From a virus (lineage: Duplodnaviria; Heunggongvirae; Uroviricota; Caudoviricetes), in IMG/VR virus record IMGVR_UViG_2724679238_000010: a DNA stretch of 4,510 nt, one strand, 5' to 3'. Made by a program: the position numbers and the translations under genes. Each line of letters begins with the position of its first letter. The first letter of the stretch is position 1. The notes below the pieces were generated by a model. That model made no database searches. It worked only from the letters and a program-made list of their open reading frames with translations, and was not told the origin of the DNA. Shown in pieces: positions 4,437 to 4,510 of this stretch.

Positions 4437-4510
4437 TTAATATCCGGTTTCATTTTTATATGCCAGCAATGGCAGGGATTTGTTCACCCTTAAATCTGTA
4501 ATGAGGTTAA

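Noticed and set aside
4437-4510. Short ATG-initiated reading frame and weak dyad (tgcca...tggca) at the window end
   Set aside because: The frame closes after about 13 codons and the dyad is only 5 bp with no T-run. Insufficient evidence for a gene or terminator.

Overview
This window reads as the immunity and replication core of a lambdoid, Rac-like enterobacterial prophage. All protein names come from reading the translations and from recalled family features; no database search was run. On the minus strand, in transcription order: a Cro-like YdaS-type regulator (1782..2063), a CII-like YdaT-type protein (1373..1798), a lambda-O-like replication initiator (372..1349) whose coding sequence carries 30-bp tandem origin iterons, and the N-terminal 121 codons of a DnaC-like helicase loader (1..365, running off the window, not in the ORF track). 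Divergent from these on the plus strand is a RacR-like repressor (2165..2584). A 14-bp dyad motif (ATACC-N4-GGTAT) occurs five times: three copies in the divergent promoter region and two just 3' of the repressor gene, resembling lambda OR/OL. Downstream on the plus strand are two coupled small genes (2847..2999, 2999..3376), a convergent 66-aa gene (3345..3545), a roughly 500-bp structured non-coding stretch holding a perfect 19-bp inverted repeat pair (3883..3901 / 4012..4030), and two more small overlapping ORFs (4048..4236, 4179..4436). The best candidate for something undescribed is this accessory block at 3345..4436, which sits where lambdoid prophages usually carry kil, exclusion or defence genes. 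No rRNA, tRNA, CRISPR array or transposase was seen.
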